A stretch of 53,366 bases of DNA. Source: Pseudomonadota bacterium (lineage in GTDB: Bacteria > Desulfobacterota > Desulfobacteria > Desulfobacterales > RPRI01). Shown here piece by piece: positions 1-9,848 of this stretch. Position 1 is the first letter of the stretch. Every line of letters begins with the position of its first letter. The stretch spans positions 1 to 53,366 of the forward strand of contig JBDRRF010000095.1 of the NCBI GenBank assembly GCA_043825875.1, in the 5' to 3' direction. A program made the position numbers and the translations under genes. The notes under the pieces were generated by a model that did not search any database, had not been told where the DNA came from, and saw nothing but the letters and a program-made list of their open reading frames with translations.

Positions 1-371
1 AATCCGGAGTTCAGTGATGGTAAGTGTCGCCCGTTTAATAGCAAGTTTCTTGGCTACAGTGAAGACAGGTGCGACACGTTATTTTGCATTGAAGGAATAA
101 AACCGAATATACCCGACTGGAACTGGTGGTGATTTAATAGCAGCTTCATGGCCTTCATAAGTAAATAGTCTGGCGTCCCGATGATCGCCAACGCCATGGC
201 TGTTTCAGGTCGTCGGCCCTCTCGTCTGTGGGTAGTATTAGGGAACGTATTCAACTTATAAACTTATTTATAGAAAAGAAGACATTAATACTTTTTCAAT
301 CGAATCTTCCGACCACCTTGATTAATCGGATAAACCCCACGCTATGGGGCGGCGAGGAATGAGCCGGTTAA

Positions 372-836
372 TTAATCGATCTTGGGCATCAACGCCCATT
401 TGATATTCCAGCCAGTAATATCGCCTGTGTGTTGTTCCATGCAGACAATCCCGGAATTCTGGAATTTAAAAACAATGTATTCTTCTGAACCTGTTGTAAG
501 GTAAGAGGCCAGCTTTTCCATAAAAGGAAGATGTCCTACATACATAATATCAGACTTGGGTTTAAGCATTTGAGTAAAAATTTTCACATCATCCATTGGT
601 GCGATTCCATCTTGCTTTCCTATCGCTTTTTCGGGTTCTAAATGCTCATGGAAAATCATTGCTGTCTGTTCAGCTCTTTTTTTACCGCTGTGCAGAATCT
701 GGGAAACATTAATTTTATACATCTTTGCAACCTGAGCAATTCTTATTGAATCTTCTTTTCCCTGATCGGATATTCCCTTTTGGGGGTCTTGATCCTTTGA
801 TAGGCTTATGCCATGTTGGACAAGATATATGGACAT
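372..836 (-). CDS. sixA: Phosphohistidine phosphatase SixA (histidine phosphatase superfamily)
   Basis: IYLVQHG, HSGKKRAEQTA and VGHLPFM motifs; start moved to ATG at 836 (MSIYLVQHG), which follows an AAAGGAG RBS. Confidence 0.85.
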   Translation of the reverse strand: MSIYLVQHGISLSKDQDPQKGISDQGKEDSIRIAQVAKMYKINVSQILHSGKKRAEQTAMIFHEHLEPEKAIGKQDGIAPMDDVKIFTQMLKPKSDIMYVGHLPFMEKLASYLTTGSEEYIVFKFQNSGIVCMEQHTGDITGWNIKWALMPKID

Positions 837-1071
837 AAAAAATCTCCTTTGAAACCAAAATGTAAAATTAAAAATATTTGTTTGCATCTCTGGTGAAGTA
901 ATGGGCACGTTCATTTTATTATGCATTTCTCGCCTACAAACTCAAACAGATTTTAACTCTCGTAATTAGTGTCACATTTTGACGAACCCTTTAATGGGTG
1001 ACCCCAATCCTTCTCTGCATCACTTCAATAAGCCATTGCAACATGTAAAACTGATTAAGATTTTGGACTTT

Positions 1072-2625
1072 TCAAACAGCACCTTTCCGTCCGAAGGGGA
1101 TGCCAAGCTTTCGCATTTTTGCCCGGAGAGTTGAAGGATTTAATTTCAGAAGTTTTGCAGCACCCTTTTCCCCACCCACACGTCCGCCGGACATCTCAAG
1201 AGCCTTTATAATCATTTGTGAGGTTGCTTGTTCAAAACTAAGAGCGTTTCCCGCATCTGTTGCGGGGATCATGATATTTGAGTGAGGTATGGTATAATCT
1301 GAATTATCAAAGACAAGCGGTTTTTCCCTGTTTAAGATAAGTGCGCGCTCCACGGAGTTCTGTAGTTCCCTGACATTACCCGGCCATTCGTATTGCATCA
1401 GTTTGTCTATAGCTCCTGGGGCTAAGGATGGAATTTCCATAAATCCCAGCTCTCTGGTCTTTTTCATCATGAAATATTGCACCAGGGCGGGAATATCAGC
1501 GCGTCGGTCACGTAGCGGCGGAATCACAATGGGAAAAACCCGGAGACGAAAATATAGGTCCTCACGGAACTTACCCTCCGCCAGCATGACCTCCAGATTA
1601 CGGTGAGTAGCGGCAATGACACGAATATCAACCTTGATGGTTTCTGTTCCGCCAACCCGTTCAAATTCCTTTTCCTGTATTACTCGTAAAAGCCTGATCT
1701 GTGCCCCCGGTGTTAACTCGCCGATCTCATCGAGAAAGATAGTGCCCCCCTGGGCGCGTTCAAATCGGCCGCGTTTCTGAAAAAAAGCGCCTGTAAATGC
1801 GCCCTTCTCATGGCCGAAAAGCTCGCTATCCATAAGGGATTCCGGAATAGCGCCACAGTTTACCTTAATAAAAGGACCGTTTCTCCGCGGTGACAGATTA
1901 TGAATAGCCGTGGCTATAAGCTCTTTTCCGGTTCCCGTTTCTCCCAGCAACAGGACAGGGCTAGCCAGGGGAGCAACCCGGCCGACCATTTCCATTACCT
2001 GCTTCAAGCCGAATTGAGCACCCACAATTTCTTCACCCGCTTGTTGCCGCAATTCTTCCTGCAAATACCGGTTGTCATCTGTCAGAATCTCCTTGAGTCG
2101 CATAACCTCCCTATAACGCAGGTAATTACTGAGGGATATGGCAAAGGGTTCGTGTAAAAGCGAAAATAGCCGAGCATGCTTCTCGAAGTACTTTTCTCCT
2201 CCATTATTACCAATAAGTATACCACCAAAAAAATCCCATTCCGGCTTTGTTCCGATCGCCATAAAGGCAGCATTGGGATCGCCTATAATTTCCGACAAAT
2301 ATCCCATAATCGGATGATCGCAAATTCGATCGGCCACAAATACTTTTGGTCTTATCTGAGGATTTATCTTCATTTCCTCGATAAGTTGTTTCGTATTTGT
2401 CGGGGCGATCGTTTTGACAGAGCTAATTTTTCCTCCACTTAAATCTGCCTTTGCAATGATTTCACCAATTCCTGTCACTGTATCATAAACAACGATGAGC
2501 ATTATATCTGCTGGGATATAGTCGCGGATGTACATAAAGCAATCCCAAAGCGCGCTCTCAATTTCTAGACTACCGCAAATCCTTAGTGTGGCTTCCCGGA
2601 AAAAATAATTTTCGTTTATCGGCAT
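1072..2625 (-). CDS. Sigma-54-dependent transcriptional activator (GAF-like input domain, AAA+, Fis-type HTH)
   Basis: GETGTGKE Walker [32 protein letters not shown]-terminal [25 protein letters not shown]. Confidence 0.95.
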   Translation of the reverse strand: MPINENYFFREATLRICGSLEIESALWDCFMYIRDYIPADIMLIVVYDTVTGIGEIIAKADLSGGKISSVKTIAPTNTKQLIEEMKINPQIRPKVFVADRICDHPIMGYLSEIIGDPNAAFMAIGTKPEWDFFGGILIGNNGGEKYFEKHARLFSLLHEPFAISLSNYLRYREVMRLKEILTDDNRYLQEELRQQAGEEIVGAQFGLKQVMEMVGRVAPLASPVLLLGETGTGKELIATAIHNLSPRRNGPFIKVNCGAIPESLMDSELFGHEKGAFTGAFFQKRGRFERAQGGTIFLDEIGELTPGAQIRLLRVIQEKEFERVGGTETIKVDIRVIAATHRNLEVMLAEGKFREDLYFRLRVFPIVIPPLRDRRADIPALVQYFMMKKTRELGFMEIPSLAPGAIDKLMQYEWPGNVRELQNSVERALILNREKPLVFDNSDYTIPHSNIMIPATDAGNALSFEQATSQMIIKALEMSGGRVGGEKGAAKLLKLNPSTLRAKMRKLGIPFGRKGAV

Positions 2626-2635
2626 TAATGGCTCC

Positions 2636-2735
2636 TGTTAAATATAATGTGTCTTATTTAGCATGTTAATGAAGCAGGTGTCAAATATAACATGTAACAG
2701 TATCAAATATAACACAATAAACGTTAAATCAGATA
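2636..2735. promoter_or_regulatory. Putative upstream activator sites for the divergent sigma-54 activator
   Basis: TGTCAAATATAACA (2679-2692) and TATCAAATATAACA (2701-2714) are 22 bp apart; degenerate copies at 2636-2649 and 2722-2735. Confidence 0.55.
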
Positions 2736-2787
2736 TTAATAGCGGCTGTGTTTGTTTAAATATTTGCAATTATTAGCATAAACATTT

Positions 2788-2803
2788 TGGCGTGATTTAT
2801 GCT
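2788..2803 (+). promoter_or_regulatory. Sigma-54 (-24/-12) promoter
   Basis: TGGCGTGATTTATGCT: GG (2789-2790) and GC (2801-2802) are separated by exactly 10 nt; divergent from a sigma-54 activator. Confidence 0.8.
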
Positions 2804-2874
2804 TCAATTAATACCTTAACATTTTGAAACTGGCTCAAACGATAACGAAGAAAAATGAGATTAAAGGAGTAAAA

Positions 2875-3786
2875 ATGGAAATGAAACAATTTAGATATTT
2901 AAGATGTTTAAAATGGTATTTATTTTTCATTCCACTTTTTTATTGTGGTCTTGTACAGGCTGAAGAAATGCCTGATTACGGGAATCTCTTTCCACTGCAA
3001 GTTAATCAAATAGCACCTGACTTCATACAAAAGTACCAGCTTATCTGGACATCAGTAATTCTATTAGTTGTTATCGCTTATGCGGTATATAGATTAATAC
3101 GCCATAAGGATTCGATACTTCTTTCTACAATGGGCGCTGGGGTTATTGCCTTTTTTAATGAGGGGAACCTTGAAGTACTTGTCCATGTTACACAGCCGGC
3201 TAATGCAATGATGCCTGTATTTTGGAACTATGGAATGCCTATGGGGCTGGGGCTAGGCATCGGATATGTTGCCATATTTCCGGTCGTTTCTTACATTGCC
3301 TACCGTTATCTGAAAAAAGGATTGAATACCAAGGGGTTTATCATTCTATGGGCTGCGATTGCCATGAGCAACATGGCGATGGAGATTCCGGGCATCGCCA
3401 TGGGGGAGCAGTACGTGTATCAACCGCCTCAAATGCTCACAATCATGGGTTTCCCGTTGTATAATGTCTGGATCAATGCAACTTCATGGCTCTTTGGTGG
3501 TGTTCTAATGTACTTTTTTGTACCAGTGCTTACGGGCTGGAAGCGGCCACTCATTTCCCTGTTACCTTTCTTTGCATTTGCTGCCGGGTGGGGCATAATG
3601 GATGTTCCGATAGTTTGTGCACTGAACATCGCCGGGATGCCCGCGTGGGGTCAGTGGGCGCTATGGTTTGTCTCGCTCGGGCTTAGCATCCTCATACTTA
3701 TCACTCTACATAATATAGTTACTATTACTTCCAAGTATAGATGGAAATTACCGTGGGCAACATCGGATTCTGAAGTAGCGAAGTAA
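2875..3786 (+). CDS. Polytopic membrane protein of unknown function, possibly distantly AveC-like
   Basis: Start ATG 2875 after AAAGGAG; signal-peptide-like N-terminus (VQA-EE) then about 7 hydrophobic segments with embedded Glu residues (FFNEG, AMEIPG). Confidence 0.8.
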   Translation: MEMKQFRYLRCLKWYLFFIPLFYCGLVQAEEMPDYGNLFPLQVNQIAPDFIQKYQLIWTSVILLVVIAYAVYRLIRHKDSILLSTMGAGVIAFFNEGNLEVLVHVTQPANAMMPVFWNYGMPMGLGLGIGYVAIFPVVSYIAYRYLKKGLNTKGFIILWAAIAMSNMAMEIPGIAMGEQYVYQPPQMLTIMGFPLYNVWINATSWLFGGVLMYFFVPVLTGWKRPLISLLPFFAFAAGWGIMDVPIVCALNIAGMPAWGQWALWFVSLGLSILILITLHNIVTITSKYRWKLPWATSDSEVAK

Positions 3787-4032
3787 AGCACACATATCTG
3801 CGCAAGTACAGGCCGGTTGACCTGAGATACTTTGTACGTAAGGCTATCCTAAAAATGCAATTCGAAGTATTTTTTGCTGATAAGTATTCTGTGTTTTAAC
3901 TAATGTATTATCTAAATAACTAGTAAGAGGAGTGGTCGGCATTCTACTTTTACAAGAAAGGAGGGTAACTTATAAGACCGAAAAAAGCATAGAGAGTAAA
4001 TGGGGTTAAAGTTTGTAAGCTTGTTATTTTGA

Positions 4033-4186
4033 ACATTACTTACAGAAAAAGAATACAAGGACGCCAGTGAGAAAAACGCCGGAAAATTCGAAGTCGATGC
4101 CACTGGGCATTTAATAGATAAGAAGACGGGGAAAATTCCATTTTACAATATCTATGGCCGGCCCTTCCCCCATCTTGATCCCAAAC
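4033..4186 (+). pseudogene. Fragment of a DUF1329-family (LolA-like) protein
   Basis: Startless frame EYKDASEKNAGKFEVDATGHLIDKKTGKIPFYNIYGRPFPHLDPK resembles the DUF1329 'GxPFPxIDP' segment. Confidence 0.55.
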
Positions 4187-4187
4187 A

Positions 4188-5150
4188 TTTCTGTTTTGCA
4201 CAATTGCCTATCGGACATTCTGGGGTGCGCTGGTCTTGTTTATTCCTCTTGTTGTATCGCAGGTCTTAAGTGATCTTTTGATGCTTGGGCTGGGGATTGG
4301 CCTGAATATTAATTCCCTGCCTGCGGCTTTGGTAGGTGTGGGAATAGGTGTGGACTACGGTATCTATATTTTGAGCCGCCTGTCGGAAGAATACCCGTTC
4401 AGCTACGGTGATTACAGAAAGGCCCGTTACATGGCGATTATTTTTACGGCCTTAACCCTGGTTATTTCAGTTATTTTCTTTGTATTCGCAGATTTCATAT
4501 TTCAAAGCGGCCTTTCTTTTGCTTCGTCCGCAAAGCAAGGGTTCAAGGATAGCATGTATTCATTATGTTTTGTTAATGAGAAAGAAGGTTGGGCTGTGGG
4601 CGCCCGGGGAAATATCCGGCATACCTTAGACGGAGGTTTGAACTGGGAGGATCAGGATGCCGGTACGAGAATGATGCTTTTATCTTTTTCCTTTTGTAAT
4701 CCCAAGGTGGGATGGATTGTAGGGAAAGGTAGTACTATTCTTCATACAACTGATGGCGGCAAGACCTGGAACAAGCAGACTGCACCTGAAAGAAAGCGCC
4801 TGTTTACGGCAAAAGCCCTGAGCCCGGATAAATGTGTGACCACAGGCGATTGGGGAGCAATATTCTATACGGAAGACGGCGGCATAACCTGGGAAACGAT
4901 AACCATAGCACCTGATGATAAAGGGGAGTTGCCAACATTTTACGAAGTTATAATGCAGGGTGATTTTTGTATCGCAGCAGGAGACCGTGGGGCGATTATG
5001 ACTAGCCAAGACGGTGGAAAAACCTGGCAGCAAACAGAAACCTCTATTGATATAAAACTATCCTGGTTCAGCGGACTTGAGTTTTTAGGTGAGAAAAAAG
5101 CAATCATTGTTGGCGCACGTTCAATGACCATAATAACCGAGAACGACTAG
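4188..5150 (+). pseudogene. Chimeric relic: C-terminal RND/MMPL transporter fragment fused in frame to a shortened YCF48/BNR-repeat beta-propeller protein
   Basis: IGLNINSLPAALVGVGIGVDYGIYILSR (RND/MMPL TM motif) to about 4505, then GWAVG and TxDGGxxW repeats (TLDGGLNW, TTDGGKTW, TEDGGITW, SQDGGKTW). Confidence 0.7.
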
Positions 5151-5220
5151 GTAAAGCTTATGGGCTATTTGCCTAATGTCCAATAGAACTGAAAGCAGGC
5201 CAAAACCGAAAGGAAGCAGA

Positions 5221-5260
5221 CGCTTTCAGCGCAACAACCGGCTGGGCTGAAAGCGCTTTT
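5221..5260 (+). terminator. Possible intrinsic terminator or hairpin after the sigma-54 unit
   Basis: CGCTTTCAGC (5221-5230) / GCTGAAAGCG (5246-5255) perfect 10-bp inverted repeat followed by CTTTT. Confidence 0.4.
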
Positions 5261-5447
5261 AACATAGAAGATCGTAAATAGCACAGAAGAAGTGATCAGA
5301 ACCAGAAAACTTACTACCGCGAACCCTATTTTAATTTAAACTTCAGATTTGTTTGGTCAATATTCTTTTTCATTTCAGGTTTTAATCCTCTATCAACACA
5401 ACGAATTATACAGCAAGGGTCAAGAGTAGACTGGACCCATTTTTATC

Positions 5448-5565
5448 GACTTTTTACTCGGCGGGAAAGGGTTTCACCTCTCAAGCCACTTGAAATAAAT
5501 TCAAGTGGTTCCACCCTCACCCCAGGCCGGAGCTTACCCGCTCTCGGCCTGCTGACGGACTTTTT
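5448..5565. repeat. Multi-hairpin non-coding element (IS/MITE end or structured RNA)
   Basis: CCACTTGAA/TTCAAGTGG (5486-5508) and CAGGCCG/CGGCCTG (5523-5551) stems bracketed by GACTTTTT direct repeats. Confidence 0.35.
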
Positions 5566-5814
5566 GCAATTCGATTCGTTCGCAAATTCGAAAATGCTTT
5601 GTGTTATATGTTTAGTTTTGATACAATTATTTTAGGGTGATATTTGTTTATAGCCGCTGGCAGTTAACGCGATAAAGTTCTCTGCAGAATAAATAGTACA
5701 AGTGTTGAGGCTAAAATTTTGCAATTGGATACCCATTTCTATTAAGGAGAGCTGTTACATCCGGGAGATTTGGAACACGCAGCAAGACGGTGCAGCATCT
5801 ATCGCCAGGGTGTG

Positions 5815-5993
5815 GTTCCGACCCGGGACAGCCCTTTGACCCCCTGCGGTATCCCCACCCGGACATCACCCTGGATATAGCCGACCGGCCGGTGGGCGGT
5901 CTTGGAATTCTGCTGGCCAAAGAGATGGGCAGCGACATGGCCTATTGCCGCAGCAATGACCGGAATGTCCTGGATATCTATTCCCATATATAG
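5815..5993 (+). pseudogene. C-terminal half of an RsbW-like anti-sigma factor kinase (HATPase_c)
   Basis: DPGQPFDP...RPVGGLGILLAKEMGSDMAYCRSNDRNVL matches G1/G2 boxes and C-terminus; N-terminal half with the N-box is absent. Confidence 0.75.
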
Positions 5994-6107
5994 AATATAG
6001 AATGGGGAACATTCTATAGCGCGAGAACCTACAACAAGACAGACCAAAGGGCAACTGCGCTTCTTGTTCTTTTAACAAAAATTGAACGCCAATATGGTTG
6101 GAAAAAC

Positions 6108-9100
6108 ATGAAAAACATCACCAAGCATTTATGGCTGGTCATCACTCTTATTCTGGCAACATCCTTAATTCTTTTAATGTCGGACCGGCCCCAGCGGTTT
6201 ACGCATGGGAACCCAGGCGCACAGGCCTACCCTTCCATCGCTGTGATGCAAATCGCTTCAACCGGGTTGTTGGATGCCTTTGTGACCGGCATGATCAGCC
6301 GGTTGGAAGAGAAGGGATACCGTGCGCCGGACGGAAAAAATATCCGTCTGTATAACCCCCAGGGAGATTACGGCACCGCAAATGCCATGGCCCGGGATAT
6401 CGTCAACACGCCCTATGACATGGTCATTACGGCCAGCACGATGGCCCTGCAGGTGGTTTCCAAAGCCAACCTGTCGACCCAAAAGACCCATGTGTTCGGT
6501 GCAGTCACCGATCCTTACGGCACGGGGGTGGGCATTACCGGGCCGGAACCCGACCAGCATCCGCCTTATATGGCCGGTGTGGGCACCTTTCAACCGGTGA
6601 AAAGCGCCATCCGCCTGGCCCATGACATGAATCCCGGGCTCAAGCGTTTGGGCGTTGTCTGGAATTCCGGAGAACAATGCTCGGAAGCCTGTCTCAAGGA
6701 AGCCAGGGCGATCTGTCAAGAACTTGGGATTGAACTCGTTGAAGCCATTGCGGTCAACACATCCGAGGTTTCCGACGCCGCACGGTCGCTCATCGCAAAA
6801 AATGTGGATGCGATCTGGGTCGGGGGCGATACCGTGGCCACGGCATCCATTGGTCTCATTGTGAGTCTGGCAAAACAGGCGGACATTCCCGTTTTTACCA
6901 ATGACCCCACAGATGCGGAAAAGGGTGCTCTTTTTGGACTGGGCGCGAATTATCATACGGTGGGACGATACACGGCCGATATGGCCGTGGCCATTCTGGA
7001 CGGACAACCGCCGTCTGCGTTTCGTATCGACAATATGATTCCGGAGCAACTGGGTTTGAACCAAGATGTGCTCGCAGGACTCAAGGGCCAATGGAAGATG
7101 TGTGCATCGGTTGAGGCCTTGCTGGACCAGCAGCAAATCGAACCGGTCAAAAAGCCGTTGGCGCCGGAACCGGGCAGAACCTACCGGGTGGGCCTGAGTT
7201 ATATTGTGCCAGCCCCAATCTTTGATATCGCCATACGCGGGTTTAAAGAAGGATTGGCGGATCTGGGATTTATTGAAAATGAGAATCTGGAACTCATAAC
7301 CCAGCATGCCAATGGGGACATGTCTTTTCTGCCCCAGGCTACAGCAAACCTGCTACAACAGCACCCGGATATTCTGGTGATCATGTCCACGCCCAGCCTG
7401 AGCAGCGCCATTGCTAACTCAGACGGCCTGAACATTGCGTTCGGAATTGTCTCCGCCCCTTTGCAGGCGGGTGCGGGTAAACGCTTTGACGACCATCTGC
7501 CGTATGTGACCGGTATCGTCCAGCTCATTCCCACGGAAGAGCTCTTTGACTGGACCCGAAAACTTTTTCCCCAGGCCAAACGGATCGGAGCACTGTACAA
7601 TCCTTCCGAAGCCAATTCCATCAAAGAGATCCAGGACCTGCAAAAGATCCTGGATCTGCAGGGCATCGAACTGGTTAAAACGGCGGTTTACAGCACCAGC
7701 GAAGTACCGGAAAGCATCCGAGCGCTATTGGCTAAAAATGTGGATCTGGTCTTTTCCATGGGAGACAACACTGTGGCCAACGGCATGCCGACAATGGTCA
7801 AGGCCTGCGAACAGCAAGGGGTTCCCATTATTGCCGAGGATATTGCCCTCATGGGAACAGGTGCCGTCATTTCCTGCGCGCCCGGCCCATACAGTGACGG
7901 ACGTGACCTTGCAAAACTGACAGCCCGCATCCTTTTAGGAGAATCGCCTGCGGATATTCCCATTGTTCCCGGCAAAAAGAATGAGCTGACCATTGATGCT
8001 TTGGCCCTGAAAAATGCCGGCATCACCGCGCCGGTAGAACTTTTGAAACGAGCGGATGTTTTTTTCAATCTCCGGTCGAAAAGCCAGGGCCCGGCCAAAA
8101 TCGTCTTGGTCAACCTGGTTGAAAATGCCTCACTGCTTCAGGCCATTAGTGGTGTGGAAACGGCATTGTCCGAAATGGGATTGAAACAAGGCACGGACTT
8201 TATCATGAAAAAATTCTGTGCCCAGGGGGATATGTCCCAGCTCTCCCAGATTCTGGCCCAGGTTGCCGCGGAAAAACCCGACGTCCTGATTACCGTTTCC
8301 ACACCCGTATTGATGGCTGCTGTGAAAAAGGACTTCGACTTTCCTTTGGTTTTTACCGTGGCCAGCGATCCGGGAAAATTGGGAATCTTTAAAGCGGGGC
8401 GTCCGAAAAATGTGTGCGGGATTCATGATGACCCACCCGTAGATCAGGTGCTTGAAATGGCGAAAAAATTTGATCCCGCCCTAACGGCGGTGGGGATCAT
8501 CTATGATGCCTCCCAAATGAACGCACTCATATCCGTGGAAAAACTCCGCAAGGCGGGGGGCGATCAGCATGTGAAAATCCTGGAAGCCACGGCCACCACT
8601 GTCTCTGATCTTCCCATGGCTGCCCAGGCATTGATCCAGCGCGGGGCCCAGGCCGTCATTCTCTCTGCCGACAACCTGGTGGTGACCGGTTTTTCCACCA
8701 TTCACAAGGTCACCAAGAGTGCCGGCATTCCCATTTATGTGACCGACGTGGATCTCATGGAAATGGGGGCTGATGGCGCCATCGGGGACAGTTATTTTGA
8801 CTGGGGACGGCAATCCGGTCGACTGGTGGCAAAAGTCCTGGCCGGGGTACCCCCTGACCAACTGCCTGTCATGCCCACGCAGGTCCATCATCGAATCGAA
8901 CCCAAACGCAAAGCGCTTTTTCTACCGGCCGAACCCTTTAAACTGCGTATGGTCCTTTACAGCGAAACGGAATTTGCCGAACGGTGCCAAGACGGACTTT
9001 TGGATGGCCTTCAGAAGGCCGGATTACAGGAAGACAGGGATTATACCCTGCGAATTTTCAATGCCCAGGGCGATATGTCCACCCTGTCGAGTATCATGAC

Positions 9101-9836
9101 GTCGGTTAAATCCGACCGGGTGGATCTGCTCATGGTGATTTCCACCCCAACGCTTCAGGCGGCTTTACGCCAGGCCGGTGAACATACAAAGATCGTTTTT
9201 ACCGGCGTGGGCGACGGGGTGAAGGCAGGTGCCGGCAAAAGCGAAAAAAACCATCTGCCGAACGTCACCGGCATTAGCACCCGTTCACCCTTTGGGGGCA
9301 TGGCGCAAATTATTAAAGAAACCCTACCCAATGCCCGGCGCGTGGGTACCCTTTTTACCCCGGGCGAAATCAACAGTGTCCTTTACAAGGACTGGTTCAA
9401 AGAGGCCCTTGCAGAGCAAGGCCTGGAGCTCATTGCCGTACCGGTCGGTTCCAGCGCCGATGTGGCCCAAGCCGCCATTGAACTATGCCAAAAGGATATT
9501 CATGCGGTGGCGCAGATAGTGGATAATCTGACCCGCCCGGGATTCGCACTGATTGCCCGCAAGGCTTCGGAGAAGAATTTGCCGGTCTATGTTTTCGACA
9601 GTGATCAGATGAAACACGGTGGCGTCATTTGCCTGGCCAGGGATTATTATGACGCCGGGTTGGAAGCGGCCGTAAAGGCTGTGCGGATCTTGCGGGGCGA
9701 AAATCCAAAAATGATCCCTTTTAATAATACCAGATCCGAAAAACTGATTCTGAATCCCGAACTGGCACAACAGTATAACCTCCGGATTTCAGACGAATTG
9801 AAGCAACGCGCCACCCTTTACGCACCTGAAAAGTAA
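6108..9836 (+). CDS. ABC transporter substrate-binding protein with four tandem ABC_sub_bind (TrpX-like, type I periplasmic) domains
   Basis: N-terminal membrane anchor; four ~300-aa repeats carrying NPQGD / HANGD / CAQGD / NAQGD and the corresponding G(V/A/I/T)xY/W/F and 'A.(I/V)L.G..P..(I/L/F)' motifs. Confidence 0.9.
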   Translation: MKNITKHLWLVITLILATSLILLMSDRPQRFTHGNPGAQAYPSIAVMQIASTGLLDAFVTGMISRLEEKGYRAPDGKNIRLYNPQGDYGTANAMARDIVNTPYDMVITASTMALQVVSKANLSTQKTHVFGAVTDPYGTGVGITGPEPDQHPPYMAGVGTFQPVKSAIRLAHDMNPGLKRLGVVWNSGEQCSEACLKEARAICQELGIELVEAIAVNTSEVSDAARSLIAKNVDAIWVGGDTVATASIGLIVSLAKQADIPVFTNDPTDAEKGALFGLGANYHTVGRYTADMAVAILDGQPPSAFRIDNMIPEQLGLNQDVLAGLKGQWKMCASVEALLDQQQIEPVKKPLAPEPGRTYRVGLSYIVPAPIFDIAIRGFKEGLADLGFIENENLELITQHANGDMSFLPQATANLLQQHPDILVIMSTPSLSSAIANSDGLNIAFGIVSAPLQAGAGKRFDDHLPYVTGIVQLIPTEELFDWTRKLFPQAKRIGALYNPSEANSIKEIQDLQKILDLQGIELVKTAVYSTSEVPESIRALLAKNVDLVFSMGDNTVANGMPTMVKACEQQGVPIIAEDIALMGTGAVISCAPGPYSDGRDLAKLTARILLGESPADIPIVPGKKNELTIDALALKNAGITAPVELLKRADVFFNLRSKSQGPAKIVLVNLVENASLLQAISGVETALSEMGLKQGTDFIMKKFCAQGDMSQLSQILAQVAAEKPDVLITVSTPVLMAAVKKDFDFPLVFTVASDPGKLGIFKAGRPKNVCGIHDDPPVDQVLEMAKKFDPALTAVGIIYDASQMNALISVEKLRKAGGDQHVKILEATATTVSDLPMAAQALIQRGAQAVILSADNLVVTGFSTIHKVTKSAGIPIYVTDVDLMEMGADGAIGDSYFDWGRQSGRLVAKVLAGVPPDQLPVMPTQVHHRIEPKRKALFLPAEPFKLRMVLYSETEFAERCQDGLLDGLQKAGLQEDRDYTLRIFNAQGDMSTLSSIMTSVKSDRVDLLMVISTPTLQAALRQAGEHTKIVFTGVGDGVKAGAGKSEKNHLPNVTGISTRSPFGGMAQIIKETLPNARRVGTLFTPGEINSVLYKDWFKEALAEQGLELIAVPVGSSADVAQAAIELCQKDIHAVAQIVDNLTRPGFALIARKASEKNLPVYVFDSDQMKHGGVICLARDYYDAGLEAAVKAVRILRGENPKMIPFNNTRSEKLILNPELAQQYNLRISDELKQRATLYAPEK

Positions 9837-9848
9837 ATAGGATATGTC

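Noticed and set aside
1..260. Possible gene end or small ORF at the window start (+ frame open to 132; - strand 54-254)
   Set aside because: Too short and truncated, with no recognisable motif
6258..7307. 349-aa antisense ORF and the many other short overlapping ORFs in the track
   Set aside because: Shadow frames opposite or within well-supported genes in GC-richer DNA, with no motifs
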